A stretch of DNA of 24,000 nucleotides. It comes from an uncultured Chthoniobacterales bacterium (GTDB lineage: Bacteria > Verrucomicrobiota > Verrucomicrobiia > Chthoniobacterales > SZAS-18). Location: contig CAXTOX010000007.1 in assembly GCA_964245885.1 (NCBI GenBank), positions 22,480 through 46,479 on the forward strand, written 5' to 3'. Position numbers and translations under genes: made by a program. Shown here piece after piece: positions 1 to 8,198 of the stretch (position 1 is its first letter; every line of letters starts with the position of its first letter). Below the pieces are notes generated by a model that searched no databases, was not told the origin of the DNA, and worked only from the letters and a program-made list of their open reading frames with translations.

Positions 1-1
1 A

Positions 2-382
2 GAGATGAACCGCCTCCGGCAGGAAGGCGTGGAGGTGATCGCCTTCGGCTACCAGGGCGAGGGCGAGTACATGCGCGACTGCGCGACGCACTTTTTTTCA
101 CCCAACAATGGACAGGACATCAGCCAGGGACTCAACGCCATCGCGGCCGAGGTCAACGATACGTCCGACGTGGTGATCGACGACGCCACGCGCCGGATCA
201 TGGGGACGCTGCCCGGCGTCGCGTCGATGCAGAGCGCGCCAGTCACCGAAGCCACCGCCGCCGCGACTCCTTCGCCCGCAACCGCCACGGCGAGCAGGAA
301 ACGCCATCCGTTCTTGCTCTGGCTGGGAATCTTTGTCGGCGTCATGCTGATCCGCTCGGCCTTCCGCAGCAAGCGTCGGTAA
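2..382 (+). CDS. C-terminal fragment of a membrane-anchored protein (possibly the end of a vWA-type domain); 5' end lies outside the window
   Basis: Frame is open from the window edge to the stop at 380-382. It has an Ala/Thr/Pro-rich linker and ends HPFLLWLGIFVGVMLIRSAFRSKRR (hydrophobic helix plus basic tail). The vWA idea rests only on the look of GVEVIAFGYQGEG...ISQGLNAIAAEV and is weak. Confidence 0.45.
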   Translation, partial: EMNRLRQEGVEVIAFGYQGEGEYMRDCATHFFSPNNGQDISQGLNAIAAEVNDTSDVVIDDATRRIMGTLPGVASMQSAPVTEATAAATPSPATATASRKRHPFLLWLGIFVGVMLIRSAFRSKRR

Positions 383-430
383 TCACATCATGCGAAAGAA
401 TCATGCGTTTCCGGGCAGGCAGCGAAGCTG

Positions 431-568
431 CTCGTCCCAAGGTAGGGATGGCTCTCCGAGCCGCTCCCTAATTTTTCCGGCGAGGCGCACCGTGCGCACG
501 TTGGTCATCCAAACCAAAACAGGGAGCGGCTCGGAGAGCCATCTCTACCTTGGGACGACGCCTGCGGC
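431..568. repeat. REP/BIME-like inverted repeat pair, family 1 (core GGTAGGGATGGCTCTCCGAGCCGCTCCCTA)
   Basis: Left arm 431-469 (ctcgtcccaaggtagggatggctctccgagccgctccct) is nearly the exact reverse complement of right arm 521-560. The spacer is about 50 nt. Each arm can also fold on itself (TAGGGA..GGCTC tcc GAGCC..TCCCTA). Related copies are at 8199-8354 and 5530-5560. Confidence 0.8.
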
Positions 569-583
569 AGCCTGGCACCATGC

Positions 584-2134
584 ATGAAAAAGGTTCTGTC
601 CATTTTTCTCATCCTGCTGACGCTGGCGATGGTCGGCTGGGGGCTGACCCGTCCCGGACGCGACGCGCGGCGGGCCGCCGACCTGTTCGCGCGCACCAGC
701 GACGCGCGGCAGTACAAGCGCACGGTCACGATCTGGGGCGACGACTGGCTCGGCTATCTCGTGTTGCGCTCGCCGCGTTTCGCCCACGCGCTCGCGGACC
801 ACGACATCGGCGTGCGTTGGGAGATGGAGCCGGATTTTGAAAAACGTTTCGCGGGCCTGCGCGACGGCCGGTGCGACTTCGTCGCCGCGACGCTCGACAG
901 CTACCTTGCCAACGGCAACGCGACGGGCTGGCCGGGCGCGATTACCTGGGTCATCGACGAGAGCTTCGGCGGCGACGCCGTGCTGGCGGGCGAGAACGTC
1001 AAAAATCTCGACGACCTCAACCGCGCGGGCGTGCGCGGGGCGTTCGTGGGGTTGTCACCGTCGGAGTTCTTGCTGCGCGCGGAGGTCAGCCATTTTCACC
1101 TCGACCGACTCCGCGCCGGGTTGGAGAAATCCCGCGTGGACAACGTCGAGACCGCCTACAACGCGCTCCGGGACAAGCGCGCGGATTTCGCCGTGCTGTG
1201 GGAACCCCTCGTGACCCGCGCGAAGACCGAAATCCCCGGCGCGCACGTGCTCATCGACACGCGCGAGGCGCAGGGCTTGATCATCGACATCGCTCTCGCG
1301 CGCCGCCAGTTGATCGACAGCGACCCGGCGCTGGTCCAGACCGTGACGCGCGCGTACTTCGAGGCGCTGCACGACTATCTGAACCACGCCGCCGCCTTCA
1401 CCGACGCCGCCGCGCACGACAGCGGCAAGGGCGCGGCCGACGCGGAAACGATGCTGCGCGGGGTCCGCTTCGACACGCTCGGCGACAACGTGCAGGACTG
1501 GCTTTCCGAAAGCCACGACCACGACGCGCGGCTCGCGACGAGCGTGGGGCAAATCCGCGCGATCCTGCGCGACCACCAGCAGCGCATCGACCTGCCCAAC
1601 GATGATCCTGATTCCATCCTGTACCGCGGCGTCGTCCAGGCCGTGGGCAAACAGCCGACCGGCATCGCCGAACTCTCGGGCGGCGCCGCGGCGAAACGCA
1701 GCGACCCGGCGCGGCAGTTAGGTCAATATTACCCACCGTTGACCCCCGACCAGTGGGACGCGCTGGCCGGACAGGTGCGCGGCACGCTGCTCGACGAACC
1801 CATCGTCTTCCAGCCCGGGCAGACGGACATCCCCGAGGACTTCCAAGCGTCCATCCGCGACGCCGCGCCCAAGCTGGCGAACTACCCGGCGTTTCGCGTC
1901 GTCGTCGAGGCGCACGTCAGCCCGGGTGAATCGAAGGAAGCGGACCAGGCGCTCTCCGAGGCCCGCGCGCTGGAGGTGAAGCGTTTTCTCTCCACCGAAT
2001 GCGGCGTGCCGGAAGACCGGGTCCTCGCGCGGGGGAAGGGTTCCGGCGAGCCGCCGCAGCGTTATCCGGGTGAGACGGACGCGGCGTGGGCGCGAAGGGC
2101 GCGGCGGGCGCGGATTTACTTGGTGGGTCAGTGA
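584..2134 (+). CDS. Membrane-anchored periplasmic-binding-protein-like (NitT/TauT/NMT1-type SBP) domain fused to a C-terminal OmpA-family peptidoglycan-binding domain
   Basis: ATG at 584 gives the N-terminal anchor MKKVLSIFLILLTLAMVGWG. TIWGDDWLGYLVL...CDFVAATLDSYLANG resembles type-2 SBPs. The C-terminus FRVVVEAHVSPGESKEADQALSEARALEVKRFL...RARIYLV is OmpA_C-like. Family names come from motif recognition only. Confidence 0.65.
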   Translation: MKKVLSIFLILLTLAMVGWGLTRPGRDARRAADLFARTSDARQYKRTVTIWGDDWLGYLVLRSPRFAHALADHDIGVRWEMEPDFEKRFAGLRDGRCDFVAATLDSYLANGNATGWPGAITWVIDESFGGDAVLAGENVKNLDDLNRAGVRGAFVGLSPSEFLLRAEVSHFHLDRLRAGLEKSRVDNVETAYNALRDKRADFAVLWEPLVTRAKTEIPGAHVLIDTREAQGLIIDIALARRQLIDSDPALVQTVTRAYFEALHDYLNHAAAFTDAAAHDSGKGAADAETMLRGVRFDTLGDNVQDWLSESHDHDARLATSVGQIRAILRDHQQRIDLPNDDPDSILYRGVVQAVGKQPTGIAELSGGAAAKRSDPARQLGQYYPPLTPDQWDALAGQVRGTLLDEPIVFQPGQTDIPEDFQASIRDAAPKLANYPAFRVVVEAHVSPGESKEADQALSEARALEVKRFLSTECGVPEDRVLARGKGSGEPPQRYPGETDAAWARRARRARIYLVGQ

Positions 2135-2162
2135 CGATTCCCGTAAGCTCTTCCCCTTCGCC

Positions 2163-2918
2163 ATGAAAGCGCCCGACCGCATCGACGTTGCCCGGCAAGC
2201 CCTGGGACAGGTGTTGACTCATCCCGTGACGTGGGTGCCGTTCGTGCCGGTGGCGGCGGCGTTTGCGTTCTTGGGCGCGGCGTGGTGGCTGTGTCTGGCG
2301 GTGGCGCTGGCCGTGGCGGTCGTGGTGTTCCTGGCTTGGTCGCACTCCTGGCCGCGGCTGACGGCGGTGACGCGCGCCCGGATGCTCGCCGCGCACCGCG
2401 CCGACGAGGACGAGGAACTGGCCGCGCGGGTGCAGCGCCTGGCGTTGTCGCCGCAGCGGGCGTCGGCGCTGGAAACCCTCGCCGCCCTGCGCGAGGCGAC
2501 GGCGATCAAGCGTTCCATCGAGGACCGGGTGCATGCGGACGGGGTCGTCACCGATCACGAAGCGGAAGTCAGCGCGATGGTAGGCGAACTGGTCCGCACG
2601 ATGGTCGAGGAAGCCGAGCGGCTGACGCTGACGGACGGCGGCGCGGTGTCGCCGACAACCGCCGGACGTTTCGACAAAGCGGCGGCGACGCTGCGGCAGG
2701 TTTACTCCGAGATCGACGTGGTGCTCGACCCGGTGCCCGAGGACCTGCGGGTGCCCGCCGGGGACGATGCGCTTTCCCGCGCCAGCGAACGTCTCGACGA
2801 ACGGCTCAAGCTCGCGCGCGGCATCCGCCGACACCTGGAGCGCGACATCCCTCTGCCGGAAGCGGAGGAGAGCGCGAGTGTTTCCCGTTTACCTGACTCA
2901 CCAAAGCAACCAGAATAA
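2163..2918 (+). CDS. Hypothetical inner-membrane protein: two N-terminal TM helices plus a long helical/coiled-coil cytoplasmic domain; likely PspA partner
   Basis: I chose the internal ATG at 2163 (MKAPDRID...) because the upstream part of ORF 2070-2918 is Arg/Gly junk overlapping the previous gene. TM segments are VTWVPFVPVAAAFAFLGAAWW and LCLAVALAVAVVVFLAW. The stop lies 6 nt before the pspA ATG. Confidence 0.6.
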   Translation: MKAPDRIDVARQALGQVLTHPVTWVPFVPVAAAFAFLGAAWWLCLAVALAVAVVVFLAWSHSWPRLTAVTRARMLAAHRADEDEELAARVQRLALSPQRASALETLAALREATAIKRSIEDRVHADGVVTDHEAEVSAMVGELVRTMVEEAERLTLTDGGAVSPTTAGRFDKAAATLRQVYSEIDVVLDPVPEDLRVPAGDDALSRASERLDERLKLARGIRRHLERDIPLPEAEESASVSRLPDSPKQPE

Positions 2919-2924
2919 CCATCT

Positions 2925-3668
2925 ATGTTTAGACGCATCTTCAACGTGTTCCGCGGCTTCGTCGGTCTGTTCGTCGGAGGGATCGAACGCCGTAATCCCG
3001 AGGCCCTGCTCGAAGTCGAACGGGAGAATCTCCGCAAGCAGATTTCCCAGTATAACCAGGGGTTGGCCGAGCACGCCGGGCTTTGCGAGCGTCTGATGAG
3101 CCAGGTCAAGAAACTCGAAGTCGAGGAAAACGACCTGCGCGCCAAGACCAGCGTGAACCTGCGCGCGGGCAACAAGGATTCCGCGGGCCAATACGCCCTG
3201 CGCCTGCAAACGATCAGCGGCCAGCTCAAGGAAAACCGCGCGCAGGCCGAGTCGGCGGAAAAGACTTACCAGGAACTCGTCCGCGCCCGCGAGGTGAGCG
3301 TGCGCGCCGCGCAGTCCAAGATCGAGGCGCTCAAGTACAGTCTGAGCGACCTGAAGATCAAGAACGCGACCGCCGAACTCAGCGAAATGGCGGCGGGCAT
3401 GATCCAGCAGATCGGCGGTTCGGGCGACACGCTGGGGCGCTTGAGCGAGATGGTCGAGGAAGACCGCCAGCGCGCCGCCGGCCGCGCGCGGGTGGCCAAG
3501 GACTCGTTGGACACGAGCGACATCCACATGAAGGAAGCCGAGCAGAAGGCGCTGGCCGATCAGGCGCTAGCCGACTTCGCGGCCAAGGAAGGCATCGCCG
3601 TCGATCCGGTCACGCCGGCTTCCGCCGAACAACGCACGAAGACGATGGGACCGGCGGAAAACCAGTAA
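2925..3668 (+). CDS. pspA: PspA/IM30/Vipp1-family protein (bacterial ESCRT-III superfamily)
   Basis: 247 aa. It has an N-terminal amphipathic helix (MFRRIFNVFRGFVGLF), then NPEALLEVERENLRKQISQYNQGLAE... and a long heptad-like helical hairpin typical of PspA/IM30. Confidence 0.85.
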   Translation: MFRRIFNVFRGFVGLFVGGIERRNPEALLEVERENLRKQISQYNQGLAEHAGLCERLMSQVKKLEVEENDLRAKTSVNLRAGNKDSAGQYALRLQTISGQLKENRAQAESAEKTYQELVRAREVSVRAAQSKIEALKYSLSDLKIKNATAELSEMAAGMIQQIGGSGDTLGRLSEMVEEDRQRAAGRARVAKDSLDTSDIHMKEAEQKALADQALADFAAKEGIAVDPVTPASAEQRTKTMGPAENQ

Positions 3669-3684
3669 GCGAGGCACGAAAATT

Positions 3685-3788
3685 TATCCGCAGATTACGC
3701 AGATTTTCGCAGATTGAAGAAATAGGGCAGAACAAAGCATCTTTTCCCTCTTCCGCTAATCCGCGAAAATCTGCGTAATCTGCGGATA
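3685..3788. repeat. REP-like inverted repeat, family 2 (GCAGATT-type); possible transcription terminator or RNA stabiliser after pspA
   Basis: Arm 3685-3715 (tatccgcagattacgcagattttcgcagatt) is the reverse complement of 3758-3788 (aatccgcgaaaatctgcgtaatctgcggata) with one mismatch. GCAGATT occurs three times directly within the arm. The region is AT-richer than its surroundings. Confidence 0.8.
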
Positions 3789-3817
3789 GATTCTGCTCCT
3801 CCCGCGAACGACCCGCC

Positions 3818-5503
3818 ATGCCTGCCCCAGACCTGACCGCACTCGCCCCGTGGGCGGCGGAGATGATCGCGCTCTACCAAAGCCACACCGCGAGCCAGTT
3901 CATTCTCAGCGGCAACGTCAACGACCGTTTCCTGCTCCCGCTTGGGCCTGGCAAGCCGGTGCTCGGCAGCCTGACGGAGTTTCTCGGCAAAGTGCTGCTG
4001 CCGCGCTTCGACGTGGTGCTCAGCTACGACCTCGGCAACGGCTTGCGCGTGGAACACGGCGGCGAGGCGTTCGCCCAGTGGCCCGCTTCCCAGCTCGGCA
4101 CCCCACTGCCGCGTGCGCCGCGTCCCGCCGTCGAGACGCTGACGCACTATTTTCGCTACAACGCCAACCTCGGCCGTCTGGGCAAACCCACCTTGCAAAT
4201 CGGCTGCTGGCTGCGTTCGGCCCACCTCATCGCGCCCGCCGTGCCCGGTACGGCGACCGACTACGACCTGAGCGCGCTGGCCCTGCTGATGCGCGACTGG
4301 GCCGGCGACGCGCTGTTGAACGATTCGCGTCTCGTGACATGCCTGATCGTGGACAACCTGAACGACTTGCATCCGTTGTTAGTCAACAATCCGCGCGTCG
4401 CCCGCATGTCGATCCCGCTGCCGACGACGGCGGAACTGCACACCGCGCTCGAAGGGCTTGCCCCCGCTGCTCCGGCCGCGCTCGCGGAGTTTGCGGGCAA
4501 GCTGGACGAACTGTCCGCCGCGCTCACCGGCTCGACGCTCACGGCCGTCGAAAATCTCGTCAAGCTCAAGGAATACCGCCGCGAACCGCTCCGCCCCACC
4601 GATCTCGTGGGCCTGAAGAAAGAACTCGTCGAACGCGAGGCCGGTGGCCTGATCGAATTCGTCGAACCCCGTCGCACGCTGGAGGATTTCCACGCGCCCG
4701 CCGCCATGAAGGACGCCCTGCGCGAGGACATCGCGCTCTGGCACGCGGGCGACACCGCTGCCTCGCCGATGGGTTACCTCATCTGTGGACCGGTCGGCAC
4801 GGGCAAGACGTTCCTCGTCGAATGCCTGGCGGGCGAGGCCGGCATCCCGGTGGTCAAGATCAAAAACTTCCGCGACAAGTGGGTCGGCAGCACGGAAGGC
4901 AACTTGGAAAAAATCTTTCGGCTCCTGCACGGGTTGGATCGCTGCTACGTGTTTATCGACGAGGCGGACCAGGCGCTTGGGCGGCGCGATCCGGGCGGCA
5001 ATGACAGCGGCCTGGGCGGCCGGGTTTACTCGATGTTCGCCGCCGAGATGAGCAACCCGTCGAACCGCGGGCGGATCGTGTGGGTATTAGCGTCGAGCCG
5101 CCCGGACCTGATCGAGGTCGATCTCAAGCGGCCCGGCCGCGTCGACGTGAAGTTGCCACTGTTCCCCACGGCGACGCCGGAGGAGAGTTTTGCACTGCTG
5201 CGCGCGTTGTGCCGTCGACGGGAGATCGTGCTAGATGAATCGGACCTCGCGGCGAACCGCGAGCGGATGCCCCTGCTTTTGACTCCTGGCGCGGCGGAAA
5301 CGCTCGCGTTGAAGATTTACCGCACGGCGAAAACCCGCCGGGTCTCCTCCGCCGATGCGCTGGCCGCGGCGCTGGCCGATTACCAGAACCCGGTACCGTT
5401 GCAAACGCTGCGGTTTCAGATCGCGCTGGCCGCCGCCGAGGCGAGCGACCGGAGCTTTGTGCCAGTGGCGTTCCGTGAAACAGTGGAAGCTAACCCGATT
5501 TGA
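3818..5503 (+). CDS. Classical-clade AAA+ ATPase (Cdc48/FtsH/Vps4-like ATPase module) with a ~300 aa N-terminal region of unknown, possibly degenerate AAA-like, fold
   Basis: Walker A is GPVGTGKTF (about 4787-4813) and Walker B is CYVFIDEADQ. An SRH-like region VLASSRPDLIEVDLKRPGRVD carries Arg fingers. The protein is 561 aa. Confidence 0.85.
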   Translation: MPAPDLTALAPWAAEMIALYQSHTASQFILSGNVNDRFLLPLGPGKPVLGSLTEFLGKVLLPRFDVVLSYDLGNGLRVEHGGEAFAQWPASQLGTPLPRAPRPAVETLTHYFRYNANLGRLGKPTLQIGCWLRSAHLIAPAVPGTATDYDLSALALLMRDWAGDALLNDSRLVTCLIVDNLNDLHPLLVNNPRVARMSIPLPTTAELHTALEGLAPAAPAALAEFAGKLDELSAALTGSTLTAVENLVKLKEYRREPLRPTDLVGLKKELVEREAGGLIEFVEPRRTLEDFHAPAAMKDALREDIALWHAGDTAASPMGYLICGPVGTGKTFLVECLAGEAGIPVVKIKNFRDKWVGSTEGNLEKIFRLLHGLDRCYVFIDEADQALGRRDPGGNDSGLGGRVYSMFAAEMSNPSNRGRIVWVLASSRPDLIEVDLKRPGRVDVKLPLFPTATPEESFALLRALCRRREIVLDESDLAANRERMPLLLTPGAAETLALKIYRTAKTRRVSSADALAAALADYQNPVPLQTLRFQIALAAAEASDRSFVPVAFRETVEANPI

Positions 5504-5529
5504 CGCGTGCCGCCGAAGGCGTCCATCAA

Positions 5530-5560
5530 GGTAGGGTCGCCTCGGAGAGGCGACCCTACC
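5530..5560. repeat. Perfect 14-bp-stem palindrome (REP family 1 relative) between the convergent AAA+ and rtcA genes; possible bidirectional terminator
   Basis: GGTAGGGTCGCCTC gga GAGGCGACCCTACC. It shares GGTAGGG and CCTCGGAGAG with the 431 and 8199 elements. There is no U tract on either side, so it looks more like a REP than a classical intrinsic terminator. Confidence 0.7.
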
Positions 5561-5595
5561 TTGGACAACCGGCCGCTTCGCGGCCTGTCAGGAAC

Positions 5596-6648
5596 CTACC
5601 TCGGTACGACGCGGACCTCCAACCCACTGGTGTTTAATGCTTCCTGCTGGAAGCGCACAGGCAGAAACGCCTCGATCACCCCGATGTTCGTCCGCGCGTG
5701 CGGCGACAAGCCGGCCGTGCGGAACGCCCCGCCACCGGCCAGCGCCATCGGCAGCAAAATCTGGTCGGTTAGGTATTCGCCCACGGGCAACCCGGCCGCG
5801 AGGTAGGCGCGAACCTGTTCCACCAGGCGGTCGGCCACGGCTTCGGCGCGCAAGCCGCGTTCACCGACCGCGCTGAAAACTTCCACGTGCGACTTCGACG
5901 CGACCTCGCCGACGAGCGCGAAACCTTGACCCCGCTCGGCCGGATGCTCGATGCATTCGCACACCGCCCGGCCCCAACGCAGACGTTTGTCCACCTGCAC
6001 GAAGGCGCGCTCCGCCACACCTGGCGGCAAACTGGCGGCATGTGCCACGACGCGGCGTGAGCCTTCCGCACCGCGGGTCAGCAGTTCCACCGGAACAAAC
6101 CGGTCGGTCGGCGTCACGTCCACCTCGATCTGACCACCTCCCGCCGGGTAGAAACCGGCGCGCATCAACGTCGCTTCCACCCGAGGGCCGAAGCGATGGA
6201 AGACCGGTAGGAAAGTGCGCGCTAGAAAATCGAAAGGAGGCGCGAGCGGATTGTGCGTGCCGCCTTCCAACGTCAAACGCGACGGTCCGGCGGCCAGCGC
6301 CAGCGCGGGCAGGATCGTTTGCAAAACGAGCGTCGTACTCCCCGCCGTGCCGACGGCAAAGCGGTAGTCGCCCGCGCGCACCACGCCAGGACGGAACACG
6401 AGTTCGCCCGCGCCGATTTCCGCGCCGTCGCACGCGGCGTCGCTGATCTCGACCGCCGCACGCACCGCCGTCAGGTGCTGCCGCAATAATCCCGGCTTCG
6501 CCCGGCCCGCGCGAATGTTCGTGATGCGGAAGGCGCGGCCCGTCACGAGCGACAGGGCGAGCGAGGTGCGCAGGATTTGTCCTCCGCCCTCGCCCGCCGC
6601 ACCGTCGATGGTGACCACCGGCGACGAACCGGCTGACCGCGTCTTCAC
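5596..6648 (-). CDS. rtcA: RNA 3'-terminal phosphate cyclase RtcA
   Basis: DGAAGEGGGQILRTSLALSLVTGRAFRITNIRAGRAKPGLLRQHLTAV matches the RtcA signature, including the RAGRAKPGL...H nucleotidylation region. A GTG start overlaps the rtcB stop (GTGA at 6648-6645), which implies translational coupling. Confidence 0.9.
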   Translation of the reverse strand: MKTRSAGSSPVVTIDGAAGEGGGQILRTSLALSLVTGRAFRITNIRAGRAKPGLLRQHLTAVRAAVEISDAACDGAEIGAGELVFRPGVVRAGDYRFAVGTAGSTTLVLQTILPALALAAGPSRLTLEGGTHNPLAPPFDFLARTFLPVFHRFGPRVEATLMRAGFYPAGGGQIEVDVTPTDRFVPVELLTRGAEGSRRVVAHAASLPPGVAERAFVQVDKRLRWGRAVCECIEHPAERGQGFALVGEVASKSHVEVFSAVGERGLRAEAVADRLVEQVRAYLAAGLPVGEYLTDQILLPMALAGGGAFRTAGLSPHARTNIGVIEAFLPVRFQQEALNTSGLEVRVVPR

Positions 6649-8156
6649 GCCGCGCCTCCCAGGCTGCCGTCGGCATCCTTGATGACGAACCGTGCCCGCA
6701 GGCGCGCGACTTCCGACGCGAGGCCGGCTGATTTCACGCTGCGCAGCACCTCGTCGAAATCCTTGTACGCCGCGGGTGCCTCATCCTTAGGATAGAACCG
6801 GCAGTTCGTCAGAATGTCGAGGTCGGTGAACTGCTGGTCCACCGTCTGCTGGTCGAACTCGCGGATGGCCGCCTTGCGCCCCTTGGCCCGGCCCGCGCCG
6901 TGGTTGACCGAATAGCAGCTCAACGCCGCGCCCGGTTCCGCGACCATGACGCTGCTACCCGCCGCCGGGTTGCCCGGCAGCAGGATGGGATGGCCCGTCT
7001 CGGCAAACGGCGTGCCGGCGAGCGCGTGGTGACCGCCCGGGTAGGCGCGGGTCGCCCCTTTGCGGTGCACCCAGGCCGGACGATTTCCCACGATCTCGCG
7101 CCGCGCGATGTTGTGGCTGATGAAGTACACCAGCCCGCCGGTCGTGCCGGGAATGATTTCCTGGAACGCTTCCAGCACGAGGGCGTTGATGAGCAGGTGG
7201 TTCACCGTGGCAAAGTTCGCGCCGAGGGCCATGTCGTCCAAGTACGCGTCGGCCTCGGGCGTGTCGAGGGGAGCATACACCAGTTCCTTGTCCTGGCCCG
7301 GCAACGGCAAACCCCAGCGCGCGAAGAACCCCTGTAACGCGTGGAACTGACCCATCGCCAGATTGTGCCCGAAGCCGCGCGAGCCGCAATGCGACAGGAA
7401 GGCGAGGCCGCCGTCGCGCAGGCCGAAACTCTCGGCCGTCGCGCGCAGGCGTTCGTCGCCGGACAGTTCCACCGCCTCGCACTCGCCGAAATGGTTGCCG
7501 CCGCCGTAGCTGCCGAGCTGCGTCATCTTTTCGTCGAACTTCGGGAAAGCGCCGCCGCTGATCAACCGGTCCAGACGCGAGCGGAGGGCGTCCGCCGTGC
7601 CGTCGTGGCCGACGTGCGACGCGTCCTCGCAATGCGCGGCCCACGCGGGCGGGATGCCCAGGGCTTCGCACACCTCGACGGACGCGCCTTCGGTCGCCAC
7701 GCGGCGGCCGAGTTCCGGCGAAACACGGCGTGACTTGCGCGCGGAACGCTGCCCACGACCGGCACCGGTTGGAGTGCGTTCGCAGATCGCGTCGATGAGC
7801 GAGCGGCGGACCGTGCGTTCCGCGACGGCGTCGGCGGGCAGGCCGAGGGCGAGCAGGCTCATGGAGCATTTGATGTCCACGCCGACCGGGCCGGGATAGA
7901 TGTGCGTGGGCGACACCATCACGCAGCCGACCGGCGCGCCGTAGCCCGCGTGGGCGTCGGGGTTGAGGACGAGGTCCGTCACGCCGGGCGCGCCGCGGGA
8001 GTTGAGAGCCTGTTCGAGGCAGCGCGCGTCGAAGCCCTGACGGATGGCTTCGGTGCCGATGACGGTGATCGGCTTGCCGTGCGACCCGCGCGCGGGCAGG
8101 AAGCCGGTGGCCTCGCCGGTGGCGGTGATGGGTGAAGGGATGGATTCAGGGTTCAT
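6645..8156 (-). CDS. rtcB: RNA ligase RtcB (3'-phosphate/5'-hydroxyl RNA-splicing ligase), long ~500 aa form
   Basis: Motifs present: NPDAHAGYG, GVDIKCSM, SYGGGNHFGE, HCGSRGFGH and VNHGAGR (the nucleophilic His motif). Confidence 0.9.
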   Translation of the reverse strand: MNPESIPSPITATGEATGFLPARGSHGKPITVIGTEAIRQGFDARCLEQALNSRGAPGVTDLVLNPDAHAGYGAPVGCVMVSPTHIYPGPVGVDIKCSMSLLALGLPADAVAERTVRRSLIDAICERTPTGAGRGQRSARKSRRVSPELGRRVATEGASVEVCEALGIPPAWAAHCEDASHVGHDGTADALRSRLDRLISGGAFPKFDEKMTQLGSYGGGNHFGECEAVELSGDERLRATAESFGLRDGGLAFLSHCGSRGFGHNLAMGQFHALQGFFARWGLPLPGQDKELVYAPLDTPEADAYLDDMALGANFATVNHLLINALVLEAFQEIIPGTTGGLVYFISHNIARREIVGNRPAWVHRKGATRAYPGGHHALAGTPFAETGHPILLPGNPAAGSSVMVAEPGAALSCYSVNHGAGRAKGRKAAIREFDQQTVDQQFTDLDILTNCRFYPKDEAPAAYKDFDEVLRSVKSAGLASEVARLRARFVIKDADGSLGGAA

Positions 8157-8198
8157 GGCAAGATCAGGTTGGAGTGAGGAAATGTGTGAGCAGGCTTC

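Noticed and set aside
390-587. 65 aa ORF and the overlapping small ORFs 505-840; also the small ORFs at 15655-15956
   Set aside because: They are translations of REP palindromes (GRDGSPSRSL, PRLAPWAK, PCRGW peptides) in intergenic DNA.
573-587. TGGCAC hexamer just upstream of the 584 start codon as a sigma54 -24 box
   Set aside because: No GC dinucleotide sits at the -12 position (TGGCACCATGCATGA), and it abuts the ATG, leaving no room for a leader.
837-5051. Numerous alternative-frame and antisense ORFs inside the 584-5503 genes (for example 871-1605, 1917-2834, 2898-3527, 3083-3778, 3695-4372, 3850-5004)
   Set aside because: All have low-complexity Arg/Gly/Ala/Pro composition, and they overlap frames that carry clear domain motifs (SBP/OmpA, PspA, AAA+).
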